From positions 576,001-640,000 of the forward strand of contig OY969699.1 of the NCBI GenBank assembly GCA_963702025.1: DNA of 64,000 nucleotides, given 5' to 3'. Made by a program: the position numbers and the translations under genes. This document shows positions 10,786 to 21,081 of the stretch, piece after piece. The stretch's first letter is position 1. The number at the start of each line of letters is the position of its first letter. Source of the stretch: an uncultured bacterium. Its GTDB lineage: Bacteria; Babelota; Babeliae; Babelales; Vermiphilaceae. Under the pieces are notes generated by a model. The model searched no databases. It was not told where the DNA came from and was given only the letters and a program-made list of their open reading frames with translations.

Positions 10786-12081
10786 TTAAGATTTGTTATT
10801 AGTGTAAATCAAAAGACCAAAAAGAAGTAAAGTGCCAAAACCAATCAGCGGTAAAATGCCTGTTAACAATAAGCTTCTTATGCAAAAAGCAATAAAAAGG
10901 GTGCAACTTGCAAGTGCTGCCCAGGGTATTAATTGTTTTTTTAAAGTGGAATGATTTTTTCTATACGCATAGACAAGTGCAACCACGCTGAGGGTATAGG
11001 TGATGGTTGTCCCCAGAGCTGCCAACGGTTGTAAAATGAGTTGGTTGCCGGCAGTAGTTATCAAATAGAGAATGCAAAACGCCCATTCGGCAAATAAGCA
11101 AAGATAGGGAATGGCATGTTTATTGAGCCGTGTGAATAATTGCCATCCACGCATTATTTTGTGATTGGCCAAGATGTAAAGATTCCAGTTGTTGCTGTAT
11201 AAAATGCCATAACAGCCACCCAGCGCAGAAGAGGCAATTGCAAGATGGAAGAATGCCTGAAATTTTAAAGCAAGCCCGGGGCTTGCAGGGAATAATTTTG
11301 CAAGAAGGGCAGGAAATGCGCACAAATAACTTGCTTGTTGGGCCAGCGTGTTGCCCAAAGAAGTATAAAAGAGAAACTGAAAGAGAAACACGAGCGCCAT
11401 CATGATGGCAAATGAGATAATCACGGCACGCGGACCGTTTTTTTGCCCGTCTTGAATTTTGTTGCTCAAGGCGCAGGTGGCCTCAAAGCCTGTTGCCGCG
11501 TAGAGTACAAAAGGCAAGCTGCCGGGAATGCCATCCCATAGAATTGGAAGTGAAATAATTTCTGACGGAGAAAACAGTAAAATGCCTGCCCCGATTACAA
11601 AAAGTACCGGAATTAATTTAAATCCTAAAAACCCAAACTGGATGCGGCTGCCCGTTTGCATATTCAAAAGATTGAGGCAAATAAATAATGTTAAAATTAA
11701 GATATCGTAAAATAATACTGGGCCCAAAGAAAGTAGTGCCGGAAAGATTTGTGTCAGTAATGACATTGAGACATGGATCATTAAGCTGGCCGAGGCGAGC
11801 TTTGCAATAAAATAACTCCAAGTGCTCACAAAGCCCACAAAGGGATTAATTTCTTTTTGCCCAAAAACGTAAAAACCTCCCGATGGATGCAACTCAATTA
11901 AACGGGAGATAGCAATAATGAGTGGCAAAATTAAAAGACCAACAAGCGGATACATAAAACCACTGAGTAAACCGGTTCGCTTGGCAAGCTCTACGGTATT
12001 AATAAAAATACCGCCGCCCATCATAATATTAACGTTAATAAGTATTGCTGTGGGAAGAGATAGTTTCTTTTCAGTGGTCAT
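10786..12081 (-). CDS. APC-family amino acid permease
   Basis: NIMMGGGIF (TM1), PSGGFY, YAATGFE; about 12 hydrophobic segments. Start 12081 or 12108. Confidence 0.85.
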   Translation of the reverse strand: MTTEKKLSLPTAILINVNIMMGGGIFINTVELAKRTGLLSGFMYPLVGLLILPLIIAISRLIELHPSGGFYVFGQKEINPFVGFVSTWSYFIAKLASASLMIHVSMSLLTQIFPALLSLGPVLFYDILILTLFICLNLLNMQTGSRIQFGFLGFKLIPVLFVIGAGILLFSPSEIISLPILWDGIPGSLPFVLYAATGFEATCALSNKIQDGQKNGPRAVIISFAIMMALVFLFQFLFYTSLGNTLAQQASYLCAFPALLAKLFPASPGLALKFQAFFHLAIASSALGGCYGILYSNNWNLYILANHKIMRGWQLFTRLNKHAIPYLCLFAEWAFCILYLITTAGNQLILQPLAALGTTITYTLSVVALVYAYRKNHSTLKKQLIPWAALASCTLFIAFCIRSLLLTGILPLIGFGTLLLFGLLIYTNNKS

Positions 12082-12146
12082 AGGTTTGCTTTCTTTATTT
12101 GAATTCAATGCAATAATGCCAGCATAGCAAAAAGTGCGGAGTTACA

Positions 12147-12902
12147 TCAAATGCAAAACGTAAGATACAATCCCAATGAACCGGCAACGGCAGCATTAAG
12201 GCTTTCTGCGTGGCCAGGCATTGGTATTGTCATAAAACCATTGCAATCGCGTAACCAATCTTTGGGAATACCGGTGGCTTCATTGCCTACAACCAATAAA
12301 ATATTTTTATTTTCAATCTCTTGCGGGGATTTGCCACCTTTGACCACGAGCGCATAGAGTTGGAAATCTTTTTTCCATTTTAATAGTGCCGGCCATGTTG
12401 GCGTTAATATGTTTACACTGCCAATCATTCCAGCGCTTGCTTGTACCACTTTGGGGCTCCAGATATCGGCACCGTCAACAATTACTACGCTTTTCACATT
12501 GAGTGCTGCGCAGCTACGAATCAGTGTGCCCATGTTGCCCGGATCGGTAATATTTGCCATCACCAAGCCCGCAGTTAATTCTGAAAATGATGGTTGTGAA
12601 GGGATCTCAAAGACCGCTAAGATGCCACTTGGTGTGGTTGCCGCGCTCATCTTTTGCATTACGTGGTCTTCGACGATCGTAATAAAATAGTTTTTAACAA
12701 ATTCTTGTACTTCTTCCAGATGTTCTTGGGTGGTATACATCTGCACCAATTTCATGCCTGATTTTGCCAGCGTGGAACAGGTGCGCAATCCTTCCGCGAT
12801 AAATCGCTTTTGCTCTTCACGGGCTTGTTTATCTTTTAGTGCTGCTACAAGTTTTATTTCTTCATTAGTTCGGGAGGTGATTGTTTTTATTGGCGTTGAC
12901 AT
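12147..12902 (-). CDS. TrmH/SpoU-family RNA methyltransferase
   Basis: DPGNMGTLIRS, VGNEATGI and IPMPGHAESLNAAVA SPOUT motifs. Confidence 0.93.
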   Translation of the reverse strand: MSTPIKTITSRTNEEIKLVAALKDKQAREEQKRFIAEGLRTCSTLAKSGMKLVQMYTTQEHLEEVQEFVKNYFITIVEDHVMQKMSAATTPSGILAVFEIPSQPSFSELTAGLVMANITDPGNMGTLIRSCAALNVKSVVIVDGADIWSPKVVQASAGMIGSVNILTPTWPALLKWKKDFQLYALVVKGGKSPQEIENKNILLVVGNEATGIPKDWLRDCNGFMTIPMPGHAESLNAAVAGSLGLYLTFCI

Positions 12903-12905
12903 AGT

Positions 12906-14036
12906 TTATATCTCATTATTAAGAATTTTTTGGCGGTAACCTGCCATTAATTGGACCATAAAATGAATGTTGTGAATGCTCGCTAAGCTATAACCGGTCA
13001 TCTCATTTGCTTTAAAAAGGTGATGCAGGTATGCGCGGGTATATTTTTGGCACACCATACAGCTGCAAGTGCGATCGATCGGTTCAAAGGAGGTGCGATT
13101 GGCGCTATTGAGTATTTTCATGTTGCCGGTATTGGTAAATAATAATCCATGGCGAGCACAGCGAGTTGGGTGCGAACTATCAAAAGTATCAATGCCCAGT
13201 TCGATGCATGTTTGCAAAGATTCTAAATCGCCAATCCCTAACAAATGATTGGGTTTATCAGTAGGGATTTGGGGCATAAGGTGCTTAAGCATTTCAAACA
13301 TCTGTTCTCTTGTTTTGCCGAGTGAACCTCCAATAGCAAAACCATCAAAGGGAAGGCTAGTGAGGTATTGGGCACTTTTTGAACGTAAAACCGGATCAAT
13401 GCCGCCATGAATAACAGCATACATAGCCTGATTATTGGGATTTGCCAAATGGGCATCGAGGGAACGCTTTTCCCAGCGATGGGTGCGTTCTAAGGATTCA
13501 ACAAGGGCTTTTTTATCAATGTGATAGGGGGGCAATTCATCAAAAGGAATGATTATATCTGCTCCTAGATCTTTTTGTGCCTGTACTGAAGTTTCGGGGG
13601 TTAATAGTACTTTTTGACCATCCCTATAGGATCGAAAAAGGACTCCTTCTTCAGTAATCTTTAATACATTCGTATCTGTCTTCTTTTTGCCCTTGCTTTT
13701 GAGTTCATCCTTAACTGTGCCATAGGCAAGACTAAAAACCTGAAATCCACCCGAATCAGTGATAATTGGAGCATTTCTATTGATAAATTTATGCAGGCCC
13801 CCTGCATTTTTTATTATCTGGCTACCGGGTTGGAGCATCAAATGATAGGTATTGCAAAACATGAGCTGCAGGCCCAAAGAATCGGTCATATGAGTGTCTA
13901 CCCCTTTTAGGGTGCCATTAGTGCCCACTCCGACGAAATTTGGGGTATCTATGACCCCATGGGGGGTATGGATCCGCCCAACGCGGGCTCTTGATTTACG
14001 AGATTGATGAATGAGTTCAAAGCGAAATTGGTTCAT
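12906..14036 (-). CDS. tgt: tRNA-guanine transglycosylase, Chlamydia-like subtype
   Basis: NTYHL, TDSGGFQ, PFDELPP, AIGGSLG, HLLGIG, DTFDS and Zn site CSCMVC..H. Confidence 0.97.
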   Translation of the reverse strand: MNQFRFELIHQSRKSRARVGRIHTPHGVIDTPNFVGVGTNGTLKGVDTHMTDSLGLQLMFCNTYHLMLQPGSQIIKNAGGLHKFINRNAPIITDSGGFQVFSLAYGTVKDELKSKGKKKTDTNVLKITEEGVLFRSYRDGQKVLLTPETSVQAQKDLGADIIIPFDELPPYHIDKKALVESLERTHRWEKRSLDAHLANPNNQAMYAVIHGGIDPVLRSKSAQYLTSLPFDGFAIGGSLGKTREQMFEMLKHLMPQIPTDKPNHLLGIGDLESLQTCIELGIDTFDSSHPTRCARHGLLFTNTGNMKILNSANRTSFEPIDRTCSCMVCQKYTRAYLHHLFKANEMTGYSLASIHNIHFMVQLMAGYRQKILNNEI

Positions 14037-14106
14037 ATTTTTACCTAAAAATGGCTATTTTACTAGTATAGCAGCTAACAGGTTATACAAAAAGCCATTT
14101 TTAATG

Positions 14107-14134
14107 TTGACAAATAGAAATTAATAGATAGAAT
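14107..14134 (+). promoter_or_regulatory. sigma70-like promoter
   Basis: TTGACA-16 nt-TAGAAT upstream of the gene at 14179. Confidence 0.5.
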
Positions 14135-14178
14135 TAAAGTTGAATAAATAGTTTTATTAATCAGAAATGGAGGAATTT

Positions 14179-15246
14179 ATGAATAAAATTAGTAAGTTAT
14201 TACTTATTTCAGTATTAGGTTCATTATCGCTACACGCGATGGAACAAGATGCATTTAAAAATTGGGTCAATAAAAAAAGAAAAGAAGTAACCCTTGCTGC
14301 TCCAAAGTCATTATTAACAAATGATCAGATATATAAAGAAGCTGAACAAAATGAGCACGCTGTGGCTATCATTAATGCAACAACACAAAGAAGTGCCAAA
14401 AGAACAAGAAAGTTTGCTCAAAGCGATCCGGGATCAGCAAAAAATATGATGACTTTTATTAACCAAAAACAAAAAAGTGTTGATTTTGAAGATCCTGAAT
14501 TGAATCGATTTGCAGCAGTCGTTGCTTTAACGGAATTTGCTAAGCCATCAAATGATTTAGTTCTTGCTATGTTGGAATATGCTAAGCTGGAAGAATCTAA
14601 AACTAATAATAAACCAATCGAAAAAACCGATGAAATCTCGGATAGTGAACCAGTCCAAGAGAGTAATGCGATCCCGGTTAAGGTAGCCGCACAAAATAGG
14701 TCGCCAGTTGTTGAAAAAGATGGTGATGAGATCATGAGCGTAATATCTGATGAAGAAGCGCCACTCTACGATTTTAGTAACTATGATGAAGATTTATTCA
14801 CTGCAGTTCCAACGATAGCAGAACCAAATTTTGCGGCGGAAATTGCTCAAATTGAAGAGATCAATCAAATCAAAGAAGCATCTCCAGTTAAGGCGGAAAT
14901 TGAGTTAGTTCTAGCTCCTATAGAAGCGATTGCACTAAATCCTCTTGAAGTTGCTCCTCGTCAGAAGCAAACTATTTCTCCAGCTGCTTTAGTTCAAAAT
15001 CCTATTGAAGAGATAGCGCCAAGCCCTTTTGAAGTTATAGCACCAAGACGACCTTTTCAAGGTGAAATTGACACATTTAATCAGGCATTGAAAAAACATT
15101 GCAGACTTAAAGGGAAAGAATTGCTTGATGCTCTTGCGAGTGAAATAACCTTGAATGATCCGACATCTTTCTTAAGTGTTGCACAGGCAATCAATTCGAA
15201 AGAGGCTGTTGATTTTGCACAGTATTGTATAGCAAAACAAAAATAA
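14179..15246 (+). CDS. hypothetical secreted low-complexity acidic protein
   Basis: GGAGG RBS precedes ATG 14179; signal ends SLHA-MEQ; Glu/Pro/Ala-rich middle with loose (P)xEV(I)APR repeats. Confidence 0.78.
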   Translation: MNKISKLLLISVLGSLSLHAMEQDAFKNWVNKKRKEVTLAAPKSLLTNDQIYKEAEQNEHAVAIINATTQRSAKRTRKFAQSDPGSAKNMMTFINQKQKSVDFEDPELNRFAAVVALTEFAKPSNDLVLAMLEYAKLEESKTNNKPIEKTDEISDSEPVQESNAIPVKVAAQNRSPVVEKDGDEIMSVISDEEAPLYDFSNYDEDLFTAVPTIAEPNFAAEIAQIEEINQIKEASPVKAEIELVLAPIEAIALNPLEVAPRQKQTISPAALVQNPIEEIAPSPFEVIAPRRPFQGEIDTFNQALKKHCRLKGKELLDALASEITLNDPTSFLSVAQAINSKEAVDFAQYCIAKQK

Positions 15247-15285
15247 GCTTAAAAGCTGATAAGTTAGCTATTTTTAATCAATAAA

Positions 15286-15357
15286 ATGGTTCGACAAGCT
15301 CACCACGAACGGTTTAAAGTTTCTTTATCCCCGTTCGTCCTGAGCTTGTCGAAGGAT
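15286..15357. repeat. palindromic REP-like repeat, family A (copy 1)
   Basis: atggttcgacaagctcaccacgaacgg...ccgttcgtcctgagcttgtcgaagga; inverted arms nearly identical to 56547..56616. Confidence 0.88.
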
Positions 15358-15430
15358 CTTTCTACCCCCTGGGCGCCAGGTATGCTCCAGGGGTAGATTC
15401 TTCTTATAGGAAACTTTCTTCGTAAAACCA

Positions 15431-15460
15431 TTGATTATAAAGGCTTTTTTGTCTTATAAT
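15431..15460 (+). promoter_or_regulatory. sigma70-like promoter
   Basis: TTGATT-18 nt-TATAAT upstream of 15528. Confidence 0.45.
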
Positions 15461-15527
15461 TAAATTACAGATAGAAATATATCATGGTGGTATATAGCTA
15501 CAGGATTCTGTAAAAAAGGAGAATATT

Positions 15528-16058
15528 ATGAAGAATATAAATATTTTATCAGTATTATTAGTGCTGGGCCTTTCAATGGGGCAAATGAATGCTGGTATTG
15601 CCGATTATTTTGGTTTAACAGATAATACCGCTAACACCGCAGCAGTTACTGCACCTTCGACTGCAGTAATGCCGCAAACAGACAGTCAAGCTGCTTTGAA
15701 TACCATTCAAAAAAACGTGCCGGTCATTCTTGAACAAGCGAAATTAATTGTTGCTGGCATTCAAAAATTGGCTGATACGGCGGCAACGGGTGGATTTTGG
15801 AGTTCATTAAAAACAGCTGTTAGTGATACTACTACTCGTGGTGCACTTACTACATTAATAAGCACCCTTGCAGCTACTGTTCCAGCAGTTACTACTATAG
15901 CTACGGCTGACCAAAGTATTAAAACAAAAGCATTTGCTGCATTGTCTGCTTTAAAGAATGACCCGAACGTTCAAAAGCTTTTAGAACAACTTCAACAATT
16001 GCCATTTGGTGGCAGCACGATATCTAGTGAACTTCAACAAGTAATGAACCCGAAATAA
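15528..16058 (+). CDS. hypothetical secreted Ala/Thr-rich protein
   Basis: GGAGA RBS; signal peptide MKNINILSVLLVLGLSMGQMNA. Confidence 0.78.
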   Translation: MKNINILSVLLVLGLSMGQMNAGIADYFGLTDNTANTAAVTAPSTAVMPQTDSQAALNTIQKNVPVILEQAKLIVAGIQKLADTAATGGFWSSLKTAVSDTTTRGALTTLISTLAATVPAVTTIATADQSIKTKAFAALSALKNDPNVQKLLEQLQQLPFGGSTISSELQQVMNPK

Positions 16059-16077
16059 TCTCCAGGTAGGACAAGGT

Positions 16078-16112
16078 AAAAATAGGGCAGGTAATATCCT
16101 GCCTTATTTTTT
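16078..16112. terminator. bidirectional terminator
   Basis: agggcagg/cctgcctt hairpin flanked by A- and T-runs between convergent genes. Confidence 0.6.
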
Positions 16113-16763
16113 TATGGATTTTTTGACTAACAAAAGCATTGGTGTTAAGAAGAGCATCGTTACCATTTTAATAGCAAAACTTACTATCATTATTTCTCCC
16201 AGATTTTCAATAATGCCATAAAGGCCTAAAAAGCTAAAAAGAATGGTATCAAATGCCTGCGAAACGGTGATGCTCATTACATTTCGAGCAAATAAATAAT
16301 GTCCATCAAATCGTTTTTTAAGCAGTCCGTAAAAGAAGGTATCAAAATGTTGAACAATCAAATAAACAATAATTGAAGCGCTTGTTAATCGGGGCATAAA
16401 GGAGAGCAGGGCATGATAATATGGCTGCGAAAAATCAGTGCTGGCGGGAATATAAAATAAATGTATCTGCGAAACAATAGTATAAAAAACGAGCATGCAA
16501 AAGCTTATCCATATAGCCTTACGTGCTTCATCTTTTCCATAATATTCTTGTAATAAATTCAAGGTTAACACCGAACCAACAATATAGATATCTGATGCCG
16601 TTGCAGTGAACCCCAGGAGCGTTATTTGTTTAATTACAAAAAGATTTGCAAGGATAGCCTGTACGCATAAAAACGAGCATAATGCCTGATTGCCGATTCT
16701 GAGCATTATAAGGGTGGTTATTATAATGCAAATAAGGTGAAATAAAAATAATAATTCATTCAT
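16104..16763 (-). CDS. yhhQ: queuosine precursor transporter (YhhQ/VUT family)
   Basis: ANLFVIKQI, LLQEYYGKDEARKAIW, QHFD and RNVMSITVSQAFDTILF family motifs; 2 kb from tgt. Confidence 0.88.
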   Translation of the reverse strand: MNELLFLFHLICIIITTLIMLRIGNQALCSFLCVQAILANLFVIKQITLLGFTATASDIYIVGSVLTLNLLQEYYGKDEARKAIWISFCMLVFYTIVSQIHLFYIPASTDFSQPYYHALLSFMPRLTSASIIVYLIVQHFDTFFYGLLKKRFDGHYLFARNVMSITVSQAFDTILFSFLGLYGIIENLGEIMIVSFAIKMVTMLFLTPMLLLVKKSIKK

Positions 16764-16845
16764 TTTCAAAACTCTTGTGCTTGGGCGGATCATAATATGA
16801 TAATGCTAGATTAGCAGAGTGCTTTTGTTTTAAAAAGAGGGTGCC

Positions 16846-17742
16846 ATGAATAAGAGAATCTTTACTCCATTAATATTAAATACGATTGCCATATGCGCAA
16901 TGGAAAAGCCATATGTTGCACCGTCAAAGATCCAGGATTTGGATGCAGTTAAAAAGGTGGTTGTTGATTATCTTAACAGAAATACGGCACCATTTTACAA
17001 AGTGGGGAGCCCTTATTGCCGACCAGAAGTTGATTTATCAAAGTCTCATGAAGAAGAAGTTAACAAAGGATTATTCTGCTTTTATGAAGATAAGGCTGTT
17101 GTATGTGCTCATGGCAGTGCCCATTTTGTAGATCTTTTTCAAAAAAAGGTAGTTAGAGTAATTCCGATTGGTAGGAAGCTTGAAGAAAGTGATAGAACAA
17201 ATCCCATGTTTACCAGTGCTGGCTGTGGAAAAATAGCAGGTTCGGATAAGGTACAAGTATTTTTAGGAGAACAAAGTGGAAGGATTTCAGCCTTCAGCCT
17301 TAAAAATGAATTTGAAGTAGATTCACCCAGAGAAATAGAAGCAACGCCGGAGATTCCTAAAACATTTGGCATTGTTCCTGGTAAAGTTCTTTCGTTCCAT
17401 TTTGCACCCGATGGTAAACAGGTTGCTGTGAAGTATGTAACTAATGTTCCGTGTATGGCACTCAGCGTTGCGTTTTTAAAGCTCTTATCGTCATCGCAAA
17501 AAAGTGGTTCATACTTAGCTGCCGAATCTAAAAAAAATAATCGCCGATCATGGATGCCATCTGCTACCAATTATGATTGGTCTGTTTTTGCAACCCGCGA
17601 ATGCATAAATGGCATTGAAGATATTCGGTTTGAGAATGAATTTTGCATAACAAAATGTGCACTTACCAAAAATGAAGAGAAATGGAAATTGATAAATCCA
17701 GAAACTACCCGTCCTGAATTAGTAAAAATAGAAGAAAAATAA
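16846..17742 (+). CDS. hypothetical secreted protein, possibly beta-propeller-like
   Basis: GAGGG RBS; signal ends AICA-MEK; SFHFAPDGKQVAV resembles a propeller blade. Confidence 0.72.
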   Translation: MNKRIFTPLILNTIAICAMEKPYVAPSKIQDLDAVKKVVVDYLNRNTAPFYKVGSPYCRPEVDLSKSHEEEVNKGLFCFYEDKAVVCAHGSAHFVDLFQKKVVRVIPIGRKLEESDRTNPMFTSAGCGKIAGSDKVQVFLGEQSGRISAFSLKNEFEVDSPREIEATPEIPKTFGIVPGKVLSFHFAPDGKQVAVKYVTNVPCMALSVAFLKLLSSSQKSGSYLAAESKKNNRRSWMPSATNYDWSVFATRECINGIEDIRFENEFCITKCALTKNEEKWKLINPETTRPELVKIEEK

Positions 17743-17825
17743 GAATAATTTAGGTATAATTGGCAGCATATAAAATAACGGACCTTATGCGTAATTAGCT
17801 GCATAAAAAATGAATTCGCCAGAAA

Positions 17826-17936
17826 CCGCTCATGGTGAGTGATTGCGAAGCAATCGTATCGAACCATAATTTGAAAAATTTAAATCATAAGAACCCTTCG
17901 ATACACCGCTCTGCGAGCGGCACTCAGGGCGAGCGG
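17826..17936. repeat. palindromic repeat family A (copy 2)
   Basis: ccgctcatggtgag-[gattgcgaagcaatc]-gtatcgaaccat...cccttcgatac-[ccgctctgcgagcgg]-cactcagggcgagcgg. Confidence 0.85.
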
Positions 17937-18005
17937 GCTAAGCGTACTTTTTTGTTAAAATAATTACGCATAAGGCCTAATGGACCATACGCAGTGAGGG
18001 ATTAT

Positions 18006-18317
18006 ATGAAATTCTTAGCACTTTCTATTCTTATGAGTACACCAATTATCGTTTCGATGGAAAAACATCCATCATTTGAGGAACTTCAACAGGTAGTTTA
18101 CCCAAGTAAACTCGTTAAAGTTCCGTCTTTAAATGGCTATATTACTGAAGTTGAGATTCCTACGGAAACGGAAGAATATATTTATAAGGGTAAAGATATT
18201 GGTTTTGAATTAGTGAAAATAAAAGAAATCAAAACCAGATATCATCTTACTCTTGACCAGAAGCAACTTGTAGTGGCATGTGTTCAAATTTTTGATCGTC
18301 CTGTGTCACCATGGTAA
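18006..18317 (+). CDS. small hypothetical secreted protein
   Basis: GAGGG RBS; signal ends IIVS-MEK. Confidence 0.65.
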   Translation: MKFLALSILMSTPIIVSMEKHPSFEELQQVVYPSKLVKVPSLNGYITEVEIPTETEEYIYKGKDIGFELVKIKEIKTRYHLTLDQKQLVVACVQIFDRPVSPW

Positions 18318-18318
18318 T

Positions 18319-19260
18319 TTAAAGCAAGGGATTCTTGGCAAATCCAATTAGCCGACATTCGGGTTGTGGCAGAACGCCAAATTCTTTATAAACTAATTCT
18401 TGCATGGTTCGTGCAAGAGTGATGATATCGGTGCTGGTGGCATTGCCTTGATTAACGATCATATTGGCATGTTGATGTGAAACAATTGCATTGCCGATCC
18501 GTAAATGTCCTTTTACACCAATTTTATCCAGATAGTAGGCAACATAAATTATTTTTTTGTTATTGCTTACGAGCGTTACTTCATGGTCAAGAAAATTCCT
18601 AAAAAAACTTCCGCAGGTATTTTTTGCCGGATACCGTTTTTCGCGATGACGAATAATTTCTTTTCGTCGTCCGCGGGCAAATGCAGTTTCTAAATCGGTT
18701 GCCTTTTTTAAGATAAACGTTGCGTCAACTAAATAAAATTGTTCTTCTTGTAACTTAGATTTGTTGTAGCCAAATGCAAACCAATCCGGCGCAATGGTAG
18801 AATATTGATTGGTTTTTTTATCAAGCACCGTTGCATTAAACAAAAACTGCTCTAACAAAAATTCATAATAGTGGAGATTGATATACAAAGAACCGCCAAC
18901 CGTGCCAGGAATGCCGCTAAATTCTTCAAGTCCAATAATAGAATGATCCAAGCAAAAGAGAATGAGATCGTGCATAGATGCGCCGGCGCCAGCTTTTACT
19001 AATATATGTTCTTGCGAAGGCAAAATTGATATTTCATTTAACTGAGGTTGAATCACCAGTCCGTCAAAGCCCTCATCACTAATAAGAATGTTGGCGCCTT
19101 TTCCTAAAATAAAAATTGGTAATTCTTTTTGACTGGCATATTCAACGGCATACTGAAACTCTTGAGCGGTTTGAGGCTGCGCAAAATAACGGGCGCTACC
19201 ACCGGTGTTGAACCAATTTTTATCTTTAAGCGGAACATTTGTTTGAATGAGATGATTCAT
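18319..19260 (-). CDS. murB: UDP-N-acetylenolpyruvoylglucosamine reductase
   Basis: GKGANILISD, GIPGTVGG, CGSFFRN, HANMIVN. Confidence 0.95.
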   Translation of the reverse strand: MNHLIQTNVPLKDKNWFNTGGSARYFAQPQTAQEFQYAVEYASQKELPIFILGKGANILISDEGFDGLVIQPQLNEISILPSQEHILVKAGAGASMHDLILFCLDHSIIGLEEFSGIPGTVGGSLYINLHYYEFLLEQFLFNATVLDKKTNQYSTIAPDWFAFGYNKSKLQEEQFYLVDATFILKKATDLETAFARGRRKEIIRHREKRYPAKNTCGSFFRNFLDHEVTLVSNNKKIIYVAYYLDKIGVKGHLRIGNAIVSHQHANMIVNQGNATSTDIITLARTMQELVYKEFGVLPQPECRLIGFAKNPLL

Positions 19261-20161
19261 ATATTTTGGTTGGTTCAGGTCTTTTTTGAGCATGGCCACT
19301 CGTTATTAAATCCAAACATTGATTACTGCAAGTATTTTGATACTTTTCTAAGCATGCAGCGCAACAAATAAAATGTCTATTACAGGCTGCACGCAAACAA
19401 TTAGTGTAATCATCACACGGTGCACAGCAAATATAACAGCTGCCTAAAATGTCGTCAGTAACTTTTACTGTAATTCGTCCATCAAAAACATAATTTTTGC
19501 CTTTAAAAAATCCATTGGGAAATTGTTCAACATACCGGTGGATGCCACCCTTAATCTGATAAACTTTTTTTGTTACTCCTTTCAATGCAACGTAGGCCGA
19601 TGCGCGTTCACAACGAATGCCGCCGGTGCAAAACATGAGAACATCTTTTTCTTTCAGCTTATCGAGGTTGTTGTCTACATAGGTAGGAAAATCTCTAAAA
19701 TGGGTTATATCGGGCCTCAGTGCACCCGGAATGGTGCCAATAGCAGATTCATAAGGATTGCGGCAATCAATAATAACCAGATCTTTATTTTTTTGCGCAA
19801 GAAGTTCATGGGCTTGTGCCGGTTCTAAATGAATGCCTCCTTGATCAGCTGTTGCCGTTGCCGGATCGAGGCCAATATTTACAATTTCTTTTTTAACAAC
19901 AATACGAAGGCGCGGAAAGCGGCTATGTTCAGTGTTACTTTCTTTAAAATCTATTCCGTCAAACAACGGATGATTATTCATCGCTTTTTTGTAGAGCTGG
20001 ATATTTTCATTTTCTCCGCCCAGTGTTGCATTGATTCCTTCATGCGCAAGAATAACGCGCCCTTTAAGAGCGAGTTTGTAACAAAGATCTTTTTGCCATT
20101 GTAAAATTTTATTTGGATATTCTATGTAAACATATTTGTAGAATAAAATTATTGTTTGCAT
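19226..20161 (-). CDS. trhO: tRNA uridine(34) hydroxylase TrhO (UPF0176 rhodanese)
   Basis: FYKY, HEGINAT, FCTGGIRCERAS, GGIHRY, GKNYVFD and Cys-rich C-terminus. Confidence 0.9.
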   Translation of the reverse strand: MQTIILFYKYVYIEYPNKILQWQKDLCYKLALKGRVILAHEGINATLGGENENIQLYKKAMNNHPLFDGIDFKESNTEHSRFPRLRIVVKKEIVNIGLDPATATADQGGIHLEPAQAHELLAQKNKDLVIIDCRNPYESAIGTIPGALRPDITHFRDFPTYVDNNLDKLKEKDVLMFCTGGIRCERASAYVALKGVTKKVYQIKGGIHRYVEQFPNGFFKGKNYVFDGRITVKVTDDILGSCYICCAPCDDYTNCLRAACNRHFICCAACLEKYQNTCSNQCLDLITSGHAQKRPEPTKIYESSHSNKCSA

Positions 20162-21066
20162 TGTTGCTGCTCTTGTATACCTGAGCTAAGAGTTATTTTC
20201 CGATTGTTTTTAGTTTCAACTTTACAGCCCAGTGCTTTTAAAATTTGTTGCTTCTTTTCCGATATATTTAATGATATCCCATAGGCAAGTGGGGTCAACT
20301 TCTGTGTATTCAAACAATTGAACCCCAGATCATTGTGAATCAAAAAATGAGAAACAGTTTCAAATTCTATGTCGTCGAGCTTTTGCTCGCAGAGAGCATG
20401 AAGTAAAGAGTTGCCATTATTCTTTTGTTTATAGTTTTCATTTAACATAATGAGCGAATAAAGGGATAAACTGCGAGACAGTTCTTTATTTGTTTTTTTT
20501 GAAAGTTCTTTGATGTGTTCAAATGGTTGGGCCTCAAAGGCTTCAATGCTATCATGGTGCGAACATATTTTAATGCCATGTTGGGCAATTTGTACATAGG
20601 TATTTATGCAATCAACGTAATTTTTAAACGTTTGATTGTTTTTGTCACCTTCATCCATAGTTTCTTGTGCGTCAGTAAGAAATTCGTTAATGGTATTCAA
20701 TGAACAGCAATGTTGCTCTAATTCTTGAATAACAGAAATGAGCACCCATTTTTTTTCAAATTCATCTTTATTTATAGCGCATAATGAGAGCTTGCCATAG
20801 TTTGAAATTTTTTTTGATAGAGTAGCTAGCGAATTTGGTGGAATCATTGATGAGGGACGTTCATAAAAATAGGTGTGTGCTCGTTGCAACAGGCGCACCG
20901 GGTTATTGTCGTCACAAATGGCCAGTAAAAATTTATTAATTTTTAATTCTTTAAACAACGAGTTTGTATAGCTTAAGATTTGCTTCACTCGGCCCGACGC
21001 TTTTTCCATGGGCTGGCACGTGCAAGAGATTAATAACAATAATGAAAAAACAAAAGATAGATTCAT
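20149..21066 (-). CDS. secreted protein with degenerate C-terminal ankyrin repeats
   Basis: Signal ends CQP-MEK; NGNSLLHALC and LTPLAYG ankyrin-like motifs. Confidence 0.7.
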   Translation of the reverse strand: MNLSFVFSLLLLISCTCQPMEKASGRVKQILSYTNSLFKELKINKFLLAICDDNNPVRLLQRAHTYFYERPSSMIPPNSLATLSKKISNYGKLSLCAINKDEFEKKWVLISVIQELEQHCCSLNTINEFLTDAQETMDEGDKNNQTFKNYVDCINTYVQIAQHGIKICSHHDSIEAFEAQPFEHIKELSKKTNKELSRSLSLYSLIMLNENYKQKNNGNSLLHALCEQKLDDIEFETVSHFLIHNDLGFNCLNTQKLTPLAYGISLNISEKKQQILKALGCKVETKNNRKITLSSGIQEQQQCKQ

Positions 21067-21081
21067 AAAAATCTCGTGAAG

